Positions 50,001 to 61,151 of a DNA stretch of 64,000 bases are shown here, piece after piece. The position numbers and the translations under genes were made by a program. This DNA comes from Zygnema circumcarinatum SAG 698-1b (lineage: Eukaryota; Plantae; Zygnematophyceae). The notes under the pieces are model-generated. The model saw only the letters and a list, made by a program, of their open reading frames with translations. It did no database searches and was not told the origin of the DNA. Numbering within the stretch: position 1 is the stretch's first letter; each line of letters starts with the position of its first letter. The stretch lies in assembly GCA_037447605.1 (NCBI GenBank), contig CM074806.1:4650001-4714000 (forward strand). Direction: 5' to 3'.

Positions 50001-52557
50001 CAAATCTTTACAAGTGAGTAGTCATCAAGGAAAGTGATGAAATATGGAGCTCCTCCCAAGCTCAGCCGGGGTGATGGAACCACAGGTCGTGTGCACAAGC
50101 GCCAGCGGCTCCTTGGCGGCGCCCTCTCCATCTCCTCTTCCATACGAATGGCCCGCGATGGATCTTCCCTTTAATGGGTCTTACGCCAAATCCTCACATT
50201 GGATCGGCCGCACCCCTCCAAGTCAAGCCTCGGACCAACCCCTTGAGCTAACTCGCATGGCTCGAAAACTCACATACTTTAAGCCTCTACATGCCATACG
50301 CACCTCATCTTGGGTCATAAGCAAAGGAAACGAGCTCTCGCTTCTTCTTGGGGCTTACTCCCTTTGTAAGGCAGTCTGAGGACCAACCTCTCTCAGGTGC
50401 CCTGAAATAAGACATTCCCAGTTTTCTTATGTCTAGCCACGCAATTCTGCTTATCAAAAGTGACTGAGTAACCCCTGTCGCACACTTGTCCCACAGACAC
50501 AAAGTTGTGCTGCAACCCAGGGGTATAAAGCACGTTACCAATCATGGTAGCTGCCCCTTCACTCTCTCCTCCTAAGACGATCCTCACGTCGCCTCCGCTG
50601 GTCACCTTCACTTCCTCACCAGTCGCTGACTGAACTGAACGAGGGGCCTGGAGCAATCTCATCTCGTAGAACAACCCCCAGTCTGCACACATGTGCGTCG
50701 ACGCCCCTGAATCAATGAGCCATGGCTTCTCGGGTCCTTCACACATTCTCCCCACAAACTCCACATGCTCCTTCTCAGCAAACATCAGGTTTGTATCAGT
50801 AGCAGCACTTCTGCAATCAATGCTCTTGTGACCCTTCTTCTTGCACTTGAAGCAAGCGCCTGTGAACTCCTTCTTGCTCGACTTCGTTTTGGCGTCTCCC
50901 TCCCTTCGCGGGTACGCCTTCAGGAGCGGCCTCGTTGGAAGTAGTGACCTGGCTTCCCACAAGTGGCGCATGTCCCTTGGGGCGATCTCGCCACCTCCCT
51001 CCTTTTCGCCTTGCGCTTTCCCAAAAAGGCTTCCCCTTCATCTTAACGCGGCTCTCACTTTCGCGCTCCGGATGCGTCATGAAGAGCGTCCTCTTCCTGA
51101 ATCCCGCTTCTTCACCTGCTCAAGGTCAAAGAAAGTGGTAAACTATTCGAGAAGAGCTGCATGTGCCCGTCAAAGCGACTGGGCAAACCAACCCAGGCGT
51201 GCGATCTATGATCGACTCAAGACCTGCCCATCACCACGAAGCTGCATGAAGTACATCCAAAGCGCCCCGTAATAGTCGATCCTGACTTCTCATCCAAGCT
51301 CATCTTCATCTTCGAGCTCCGTGTACAGGTGCTGCACCAGCGTGATGGCTGTCCTTGCATGCGTACATGTCTCAAACACTTCCACACATCTCGTGTGGCG
51401 TCTTTGGTCGTAGAGAGCGCATGTGTGAAGGCGTCCCCTTCACTCATTTCTGTCAAGGGCGCGGTATCACGGGCCTTCAATTTGCAAGAAGCTCCTCCAC
51501 GGATGCTTAGCCCGGCGCCTTGCTTCACCTTCCCAGTCACATGACCAAGTCCCTTCCCTTCAAGTATGGTCGGCCGCCACTTCCATCCACTGTAGTCTGT
51601 CCCATCAAATCTCGAGGACAATTAAACTTCACACTAGCCCGGTTTCCTCTTCACCATGAGCTCACGATACCACTTGTGAGAGGAGGGATGAAAACAAATT
51701 CACCTTCCACCCTTTCTCCCTCTTCTGTCCATGGAAACTTCCCTCACGGTGCCCTTACGAGCACTCTCACTCATTTTCACTCGCGTGCATACACAACACA
51801 CGAGGCGGAATAAAAACGTAGGAGAAACAGCCTAAAAACTCCTTTACTGTTGACAAGCTTTCCAACTCAAGCCCCCATAAGCCTAGTCAAGCTTTCACCA
51901 CATGATCACACTTCACCTTCCGCGTGGTGACTCTCACAGGGGCTCTCACAAAAGGTCCACCTCCTGTTGCCAAAGCCATGCCTTCCAAACTGCCATAGCG
52001 CATTACATGTAAAGAAGGTTTTTAACCTTTTCCACCACTCTCACTATATAGTACTGGGGCCTGGGCGGCGTTATATCCACGTCACATAACACAACCTTAT
52101 TCAAAACTTGACCCTAAATAAACTACTTCGTGTCTTGCTATGCATAGTACACCCAACCCACAACAGCATTACCAACACCACCGCTCTAACCCAGATGGCC
52201 ATGTACTCTACCGCCGGGCTGAACATCCCGCCGTCACTCACAAGGACTAACTTTCGTACTCAAAGTAGGCTCCGCCGCCTCCACCGACTCCGCCGTCTTC
52301 CGCCGCCGCATCATTCCTCGATTCCGTACTCCAGACCGACCGGCGCGTACCAAATGTGTCGGACTCCTGGCCGTACCGTCCGTACTGACCGTACTGTCCG
52401 TACGGTCCATACTATCCGTACGGTTGCGCGGTCGGTCTCGCCGCCACGCGCACGCTGAAGTAAGTCCGTCCCCATACATGTCACACCTAGAAGCACACCC
52501 CTAGGAACTAAGCGCCAACACAAACATGCTAATCTGAACTAACTATGTACACTAACA
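41029..52557 (-). mobile_element. Tandem dimer of Ty1/copia C (LTR 52557-51675, internal, shared LTR 47226-46310, internal, LTR 41938-41029); frameshift-rich
   Basis: Single TSD GAAGG (41024-41028 and 52558-52562). CFKCKKKGHKSIDC, WLIDSGASTHMC, YFITFLDDYSRKIW, LDIKTAFLYGDLDEEIYMEQPEG and RH HFRIQYHYVRQ; most motifs seen in both units. Confidence 0.88.
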
Positions 52558-53231
52558 GAAGGAATGTCGGCGGCGAATCGCGACGCGCCACGTGTACACT
52601 TATATAGTGGGTCCGCTGGTTCGATCGTACGGCCGAAATGTCGGCGGACAAAAGTCGCTAAAAGGGCTGGCAAAGCGGCAGAATTGTACGGACAACTGTA
52701 CGAATAGACAAGAACTAGGTCGGTGCTATCGTAGGTTTACGAGGCGCACTAGTTGGTCGCTATTCCTGAGTGCGCCCACTGAGATAGTGCATGGGCTTGC
52801 AAATGGCGGACGAGACGTGACAACTTGTGTCACGTCACACGGCCATTGTTGTATATGATGGAGGTCTGTTTTGAAGGAATCAACCTTCTCGGGACTCACG
52901 TAGGCAGTGAGGCTATCTTGCTTTGGGCTTAGAAGATAGTGGGAAGTGTTCAGCTTGTAGTGGGGTGGTGTAATCACGTAGCTTGAGTTTAGGTGCTTGA
53001 AGCTTGGCTCTAGAGTTGTCAAGTTGTATTCATCTTTATATTAAGGAGTTTTAGGCTGGAGGCTTTCTCCTTACATCTTCTCATTTCCGCTGATCTGTTC
53101 TACTGCATTCAGTCTTGTGTGTGTGTCTACATCTTTGAGGAGTGTGGTTGATCAAGTCATTGAAGATGTCGAGCTCTACCGAGGGCAGAGGAGAAGTGGC
53201 AGCACCTCGCACGGAGGCCGCTGCACCAACA

Positions 53232-53982
53232 ACTCTGAGGCAGTAGGTAACCATTCCTGGTTGCCGTCATAGACAGACTCGATCTCATCGACGAGGTGCA
53301 CATAGAAAAGTACACAACCCGTCTTCACGGCTTCCGCCACCTGCATGGCGGAGCACAAGTGCGCCGCATCGGGATGGAGGGGGGGAACAACCGTGGGCAT
53401 ACCCGGTAGTAAGGTGACCCGCCGAGTGCCACTGCGAACCACGCAGGTTGGAACTGCAAAATCCATCGTGGCCCGGACTGACTGCAACCAATGACTGCCT
53501 AAAATCAAGTCAATGCCAGGAGTCAGAATTGTGACCAAGCACCGAATCTGCCCGGAAAAAGATTGAATTCGCAATCGGGTAGTCACACAACCGAGGATCT
53601 GCCCTTTACGACCATCGCCGAACGTGACTGTATCGGAGCGGTCTGCAAGGACAAGGGAGGTCATCTTAACAAACGAAGAGTTCAGGAAATTGTCGTCAGC
53701 GCCGGAATCGAACAAGGCGATGACAGGTCGACCTTCCACAACCCCAGAAAAGGTCATGGCACGGTGGGATCGTTGAAACATGGACCTGAGGACAACCAAC
53801 GCATCAGGACGCGCCGTGCGCCAAATGAGCGGGAACGGAAGCGTGCAAGAAGCGCCGTGGCCGGAGGCGTCCCAGCACACCAACGGGTGACCCTTACGCC
53901 AAAGCCGGACCACCCTCCAATGGGCGTGGCCGAAACAAGTGATGGGGACGCAGTTTAGAAGTAAGATGTGCACAAATGACAA
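53232..53982 (-). pseudogene. Aspartic protease region of chromovirus X pol, truncated by the Copia A LTR before RT
   Basis: VIALFDSGADDNF...DLILGSHWL in ORF 53176-53982. Confidence 0.85.
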
Positions 53983-54304
53983 TTTAACATTGTAGTAGCG
54001 CCCCCGAAAAGCGTACCAAGTGACACTCTCAAACAGATCGGGAGTTCCGTAGGTTCGTGAATCCAGATTTCAAAGAAAGTTCATTCCGAATGGCGCAACG
54101 TAAAAACTCAAGAGAGGTCATTCGTGGAGAGGAGAACAACGGTCATCTGCATATCCCTGCACGCAAAACAAAAATGAGTCTGACTCAAGGCTGCCGCCCC
54201 AATATCGCATTTCAAATCAATCGAAAAGGGTACAACAAAATCCCTACGCCTGGCAGCTCCAACAACCATTCTCCCCCCCCTACCACTACCACCTGCAACA
54301 ACCT

Positions 54305-55881
54305 CTAGACTGCAGGTGGAGGTCCGTTTTCCGGGCCAGGAGCTTGCTGACCCTTAGGACAGTCACGAGCCAGATGCCCCGCCTGTCGGCACCGGTAGCA
54401 TCGGCCCTCCTTCTTGAGCCTGTCCGCTTCTTGGGACGTCAACTTGGGAACTTTTGCCGCCAAGGGCTGAGCTGGTGCATCCCCAGGACGCTTTGGCCCC
54501 CTCCCGCCCCCACGCGGGGCACGAAAGGGTGGGGTCTCTCGCCGAGGCGAGTTGGAGCCAGAAGGTACAGGGGACCAAGTCCCACGCCAAGGGTCTGCCG
54601 CTACGGCCCGCGCGTCCGCGTTCACAGCGGCCGCATAAAACAGATCTGCGTCCGCAGCCACCCAGGGCTTAGAAGTAGCGGGGTTGAGCAACAGTTGGTT
54701 AGCAATGTGAGGTTTCAACCCCATGGAGAACCTGTAGAACTGTTCAACCTCGGAGGGGGTGTCACGAGTAATCGTGGACACCGTGTCTCGGCAGTCGCGG
54801 AGGAACTGAAGCACGCTGCCTGTCTGCACCAAAGTGGCGTACTTCCGGCGACCCTCCAAGCTGGGGTCGAGCACGCCAAAGTGCTTGTTCATCTCGGTTT
54901 CAAACCGCCCAACTGCCATTGATATCGCCCGGCGTTGAGAACACGCTGAAAAGCCTCGCCCATCTCAGAGAGGGGTACGCTGTAGTTCACCTTACTCTCC
55001 TGCGGATGGGTCGCGTAGCGTAACCTCGGGAAAGTTCACACTCCATCGCTTCAAACGGCTTGTAGTTTGCCGCCACCCCATACCGAAAATGGGTGGGGAC
55101 CTTGGCTACAAGCTGGGCGCAAAACCCCCCAGGAAGCATTGCCCCAAGGGGCTTCACACCGGCCCGGCCCCACCAAGTATAGGGATCGGGTGGGGTATCC
55201 CCCACAACGGGGAGGATGACCCCATCGGATATCGCAGGAGCCCCTGCCCGTGGGGCAGGTGGGTCGCCGGCCGGTACCCCCGGAGGTGGGCCGGCCGGGA
55301 GGGGAGGGGGAGGTACCACCGGCAACGAGTTCACAGAGGTGGCACCCCCAAGTGGACCCCCCGGAGGAGGACCAGGCTCACTCTGGGTGCGGAGGGGCTG
55401 ACCTCTTTGTCTCCTCGGATGTCCTGCCTCGACCTCCGCGAGTGTCCCGCAGTCGCCTCGCCGTCCTCCCCGGCAGCGCCGTCTCGCCGCCGGGTGGACC
55501 GGGCGTAGGAGGAGAGCCCAAGGAGGCGATCGCCGCTTCAGCGGGCTCGCCCGCCATCGCGGAGCCGTCGTAACGCAGTGGCAGGCTGGGTCGCTCCGCC
55601 TTCGCCGCTTCCGGATCGACCGCCGTCAACGCGCTACAAAGTCCTCGCGGGCCGCAGGGGATTTCCTCCGGTGGCCCTCCTGGGGCCATTCGTTCACGGG
55701 CTGGACTCTCGCGCTGCCGAGTCGCGTGACCGGAGGCCCCCGCCGGTGGCACATGCTCCCCCGAGGCCTCGCCCACGGTAAGGTCAGCGGGCACCGGTGG
55801 GGGAGGTGGAGGAGGAAGGGGAATCGGCGGTGTATCCGACGGTGCCGGCTCCCCAGCTCCCCGTGCGCGCGTGGTGACCAT
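54305..55881 (-). pseudogene. Gag of chromovirus X (Pro-rich N-terminus MVTTRAR, capsid, CCHC knuckle), with frameshifts
   Basis: ATG about 39 nt after the PBS; QTGSV...FSMGLKPHI...CYRCRQAGHLARDC; stop at 54305. Confidence 0.8.
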
Positions 55882-55932
55882 GGTGGGAGCGGTGAGCAGT
55901 CGCAGGATCAAGAAAAATGGCTCTGATACCAA

Positions 55933-56430
55933 TGTAATGGGAGTCCAGGTACCGGTCTGGCGGGTCAGCAAGGAGGCGTGAGGGGTAGAGAGAGAGAGAG
56001 AGAAAAGCCGGTTTCCGGGTTGAATGCCGTTGCATTCGCCCCCGCCCCTATACGCTTCCCCCGTCGAACCCTCTACCAGCATGAGGGACCGGAAGCAGGG
56101 CCCACCACTGGCGAGACGCCGCGTGGCTGGTGTAGCCCGTGGCGGATCGCCACGTGGAATATATGTCAGCGCTCGGCCCGGAGCCGTCGCGCGAGGTTCG
56201 GCGTCGTCGCATATACGACGCGCGCATACGACGCGCATATGCGACACGCGACCGACACCCGCTGCCACGCTCGCCAGGCGGCGCTGGGCCCTGCATACGC
56301 CGTCCTAGTATGTTTCAGTTCCTGCGAGGTCCTGCCCTCTGAATCGGATCGACAAAGGTACGCGACGAAATCGCACGGAGATCTTCAAGGTGCGTAAATA
56401 CCGGGTGGTCGTGAAAGGTTTCACTTTACA
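55933..56430 (-). repeat. 5' LTR of chromovirus X
   Basis: Matches 21662-22156 (last ~165 bp noisy); PBS adjacent; TSD adjacent. Confidence 0.9.
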
Positions 56431-58800
56431 TCTGCCTATCGAATCGCTTTTGGCGAATCACAGGCAGCCACGTCTCTCGCAGAAGAGAGGAGTCAGAATG
56501 AACATCATTGGCACTAGGGAAATGGGGAGGAAGAAAGGGAGCGTCGTCGTCGTCATCCATGAGGAGCTCCCAAGGATCCGCGTGAGGATGGCCGTGGGTG
56601 AAGTTAGAGTCCTGCCAGCGATGGAGGGTGGTGGCCGTGGCAGGAATATCAATCAGCCCATCCGCGAAGATGACATCATGCAGAGCTTGATCGGTAATGA
56701 AAATCTCGATGGGAAGATGCTCAGGGTTCAAAAGGGTGGGTGGAGGGATGGGTTCAGGAACGGCCGGATCGTGACAGAGAAGTGGAGCNNNNNNNNNNNN
56801 NNNNNNNNNNNNNNNNNNNNNNNNNNNNNNNNNNNNNNNNNNNNNNNNNNNNNNNNNNNNNNNNNNNNNNNNNNNNNNNNNNNNNNNNNNNNNNNNNNNN
56901 NNNNNNNNNNNNNNNNNNNNNNNNNNNNNNNNNNNNNNNNNNNNNNNNNNNNNNNNNNNNNNNNNNNNATAAGGTCAATCGCCTCAATTTTGTCGAGGGA
57001 TGGCTTCAGCCCATTGATGCCGAGACGATGTCCTAGATGAGTGATTTCCTGATGGCCCCATTTGCACTTCTTGGGAGCAATCTTCAAACGAGCACTGATG
57101 AGTTGTTGCAATACTTGGTCAATGTGCTGCAGATGGGAGGACCAATCCTTGCTGTGGAGGGAAGCATCATCCACGTATGGTTCGCAGAAGGCACGACAGG
57201 GACTGAAAACTTGGTTGGCCAGGCGTTGGTGAGTTTGGCTCGAATTCTTGAGCCCAAAGGGAAGCACTGTCCACTGCACGAATCGTGTGGCCGTGCAAAG
57301 ACCTGTTTTGCAGCGATCAGTCTGTCGCAAAGGGATTTGCCAGAAGGACTTCTGCATATCCAGTGCAGAGAACCACTGGTCATCAGGAGAAACGCCATGG
57401 AGGATAAGGTCCACATCCGGCAATGTATATGGATCCCACTTCGTCACTGCGTTCAATTTCCGATAGTCTCCACAAAAGCGAAGGGTGCCATCTGGCTTTG
57501 GTGGCAAAACAGCCGGACTGGCCCAGGGACCTTCTCCGGGTTCCATCAATCCGGCAGCAACATTCTCATCAATTTGTCTTTCGACATCGGCTTGCTGAGC
57601 AGCGGAAAAGCGATAAGGGGTCATGGTCATCACTGGAGGGGAATCCCCCGTATCGATGTGATGTTCAATCAGGTGGGTCTTTCCGATGTCCAATGAATGG
57701 CGTGCAAAGACTAGGTGATTGCGACGCAGAACTTGTCGCAATTGAGAATGCTTGATTGGGTCAGAGAGTACTGCTGGCCCCAATCGCATCTGACCCTCTA
57801 TCTCCAGCCACTCTTCATCACTGATGGTCTCGTGGGCGGGAAAGCTGGGTGCAGCTATCACCGGCGGCAAAAGGTCTTCTGTCTGCGCACAAAGGGTTGG
57901 ACCCGGAGGAGCAGGAGTGGGAGTTTCTTCCTCAGTATCAGAAGTGGCAGAACCTTAGGAAGAATGGGGACTGCCGGCAACGTGATACATGTTGATCTCT
58001 GGGTAGGATACCTGCGCCGTGGCGTGTCGTTTGGGGAAGGCGGAGGTGGCAAGGGACTCAAGTATGATGGGGAAGGAGCAATCTGTCCCTCCAGCAGATA
58101 AGTGCAGCTGACACATAGAAAAGTCAATTTGTGCCCCCATTGCAATGAGCCAATCTGAGCCAAGCAGGATAGAATAATGCTCAGCGGCAGTGATGACCGC
58201 ATTCACTGTGGCTCCCATCTCTCCAAGGCTGATAATAACCTGTGCACTGCCCAAACCTTCATGCAGACTACCCTCAACCCCCACATATCTGGGGNNNNNN
58301 NNNNTTGGACAGAACTGTGCGCATAGCTCCTGTGTCGATCATGGCCTTGCTGGGATGGCCGTTCAGCCATACATTGACAATGATTCGCACGTTGGGTGTT
58401 GGGATCAGAGGGAGGACATGAATCTGGCGAGGAGGCTGGCGGGGAGAGCGAACTGGGTCTGGAAGAGGCGCCGTGGCCATGTGGTGTATATCTGCCGGCG
58501 AGGGGATGCCCGGAGGAGGTGCCATGGGAACCGTGGGAGGCTGCAGAGTGGCCTCTGCACTGTCGGCCAGCTTACGAACTACAGCTGCAGCACCTGGAAC
58601 CAGCTGCATCAACTGTGACAAGGTAATTCCGATCTTAGCCTTGTCCCCTGGCTGACCTGAACCATGCGTTCGTCGAGGATAGGCCATATAATGGGGAGGT
58701 GGTGGAGTCAATGGGGCTGCAGGGATAGAAACGGGCGCCGAGGGCGATGGGAGGATTCCGTGTCCTGCATCCAGCACAGCCGTCGGCTACAGCGTGCCCG
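56431..58800 (-). mobile_element. Separate Ty3/gypsy fragment D: protease (DTG) and reverse transcriptase (YVDD); no recognisable integrase; contains N gaps
   Basis: AMIDTGAMRTVLS, ILLGSDWL, PWASPAVL, LRFCGDYRKLN, FSALDMQKSFWQI, LPFGLKNS, YVDD, KKCKWG. Lies outside the X TSD. Confidence 0.85.
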
Positions 58801-60587
58801 GTATTAGGGGCTCACGAGTTTACATTGCCTCTGTGAGAGCCTCCTCAGTGAAATCGTCAGTCTCCTCCTCAGGCATGGAACCCAAGGGATGACCCGTGGA
58901 AGGAGGGAGGACGGAAGTTCTCCTGACAGGGGGGGTAACCGGTGGAGCAGTGCCAGAGGAGCTGGCGCCGTTGACATTGGCAGGGAGGAATGGCAGGGGA
59001 TGCGAATGAGGATCACTTTGGTTCCTGAGGAGCGTAGAGGCGGCTGCAATCATGCGATCTGAGCCCAGGCACCCTCCCTCAGAGTGATGGGATTAGGGCG
59101 AAGCGGTTGCAATCTTTGTGGCAATCTGCCTTGATCGTCTTGGCGGGCAGCGGTCGAGTGCGGCCCCTAAGGCGTTTGTCAAGGAAGGGGACTCCAGAGG
59201 ATGCAGATGGATCGGCGGACGTTGCAGGATGGTATAAGAGGGTGAAGGAGGTGGATGAGGGCGAAAGGGGGGAGGANNNNNNNNNNCTTTGCTAGGCTCC
59301 TAGTTATCATCGGTCATTGGGAGGAATGGAAGGCAGGATACAGCAAGTTCAGAGCTTGGCATAGAGGCAGCAAAGGGAAGATAGGAATCAACTTAGAAAA
59401 AGGGTGTGTCTTGGAAACTTACCCCAGCCAGCGATTGGCTGGGGATTCTCATTACAATATAAGTGTCTTCTCACTGAAATGCTTGTCTGGCTGGGCTGAA
59501 TTGGATGTCTAAATGCTATCAGCAAGAAGACTCTCTCTCTCTCTCTCTGCAGTGGAACTCTTTCCCTCTTGTACTAGCATCTGTTGCTGGAGCTTGAGAG
59601 GAAGAAAAGAAGAACAGGACAACAAACCACACAGCAAATACAAATACTAAGCCCAGCACTAAAAGACAAACTAGCATCACTGACATCCCATCTATCTATC
59701 TCTGACAGTAAATCCTGAGTCTTAGTAGTGACAGTCTCTGATTGGCCAACTGACCACTGAGTGGCCTGGCTGACTATGTGGAGCCTTATGATAGGTCAAC
59801 TAATAACTATCGGCGGCAAATTGCGGCGCTCCGAGTGCGCCTTGCTGGAGGATGTGCTGTTCCGTGGGCCGCCAACACATGGCACTGCCTTCTCGCATCC
59901 TCCGTTGGCAGCTCCTGGATTCTGCTGAGCCGTGACACTGAAGTGGCATATATCAAGTCCAACTGAACTGACGCGGATCCGTCGAGCGCAGCTCCACTAC
60001 GCTACAGTTTTGCGTAAGCCCGTAACGACTAGTACGGACAGTACGGCTAACACAAGTTACCGTACAAAAAAGTGGTTTCGGCAAAATTGGGGCGAAAATA
60101 TTGAGGGCGCACTCCTTGGGGTGGTAAATACGAGGACCCCCGACTGTACGGTATGACACGTGTGTATATGCATCCGTACGGTCTTTCGTGCCGTACTGTA
60201 CAGTATATATCCACGTACGGTCTGGCTCGTGTGTACTGTACAGTACTGTACTGTATCTGCACCCGTACAGTCATTTCGTACGGCCTTCTGTCGCGTCTGC
60301 CGGGACGACAAGGACCCCCCCAGCCGACGGTCCTCTGCGCTCGGGCACCGTCCGCGAGGACGCTGTGGGGGGGCCAAGTTCTTGTACTCGGTTACATTCA
60401 AGACTCCGCGGGGAGTACCTTCGTCCTTCGCTGTCCGCCTACGGCGTACGTTCTTCGTGTTCGAAATGCCCTGCAAAAAAAAAAAAAAAACCTGGTCTTG
60501 GAGCTCCAATCCCCGGACGGCACATGTCCGTCAAGACCGACTCCATCGTCCTCTCGCATCCGCCGGAGGGGTACTTCCGCCGTCTGG

Positions 60588-60635
60588 CCAGTTGGTAGAC
60601 CGCTAGGTAGCTAGACCTAGCGGCCTACCAACTGG
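60588..60635. other. 21-bp inverted repeat (20/21 match) with 6-nt loop
   Basis: CCAGTTGGTAGACCGCTAGGT-AGCTAG-ACCTAGCGGCCTACCAACTGG. Confidence 0.85.
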
Positions 60636-61151
60636 TCTACCGTACTAGCCTATCTAGGGGGGGGCCTAATAGGTAGGGGTCTAGACTATTTGACCTACTG
60701 TGCTGGTCTTCGCCACTGCGACGATTTGACTGTCGAGCGCCCTCCAATGTTGACACGCCACGTGTACAGTTTGTACACATGTCGTATTTCTACTGGGAGC
60801 CTCTTGACTAAAGGAAAACTGCTTGTTTAAGGAATCTGAATTTCCTGACAAGAGATTTCACTCGCTGAAAGTCCTCTCTTTCGTCAATAGTTTTCCTTGT
60901 GTTCCTCCTCCCCCCTCCACCTTTCTAGATAGGTAGAAAGCACTTTCTGCTCCTCAGTCTGCTCAATAGGATGTCAATAGGATAGCAGAGAGATCATGTA
61001 TTGTAGTCTCCAAAAGGCAGGAGTGATTACCACAGCAAGCCAAGCTCCTACTTCAGAACTTATTTGAAAGTATTGGAAGGCCATCATCTCTCGCCTGAAT
61101 GTGAACGGCATTTTCTTAAAGCAGTGTCGCCTCAGCGTCAGCAGCGAGGCC

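Larger units (their letters stand above)
30700..53231 (+). mobile_element. Tandem array of non-autonomous copia A (Gag-protease only): LTR-int-LTR-int-LTR-int-LTR with shared ~1070-bp LTRs; last LTR split by Copia C
   Basis: LTRs ~30700-31288 (partial), 33193-34262, 36741-37816, and 40606-41028 plus 52563-53231. PBS TGGTATCAGAGC after each of the first three; PPT AAGAGGGGGAT; no IN/RT/RH core motifs. Confidence 0.88.
21662..56430 (-). mobile_element. Ty3/gypsy chromovirus X (outer element), expanded to 34.8 kb by nested insertions; its RT-RNaseH is missing
   Basis: LTRs 21662-22156 and 55933-56430, identical flanking TSD TCTGC (21657-21661 and 56431-56435), tRNA-iMet PBS at 55920-55931, PPT at 22157-22170, gag with CCHC knuckle, DSG protease, chromodomain. 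Confidence 0.9.

Noticed and set aside
55378-56397. Overlapping GC-rich ORFs across the X LTRs (also 21599-22127)
   Set aside because: Open by chance in very GC-rich LTR sequence; no domain motifs apart from the gag start at 55881.
59300-60006. 5' LTR of gypsy D ending in GCTACA at 60006
   Set aside because: No adjacent PBS and no matching second LTR in the window (21000-21544 does not align).
60588-60660. Helitron 3' end
   Set aside because: CTAG follows the hairpin but is not followed by T, and no 5' TC end or RepHel ORF was seen.
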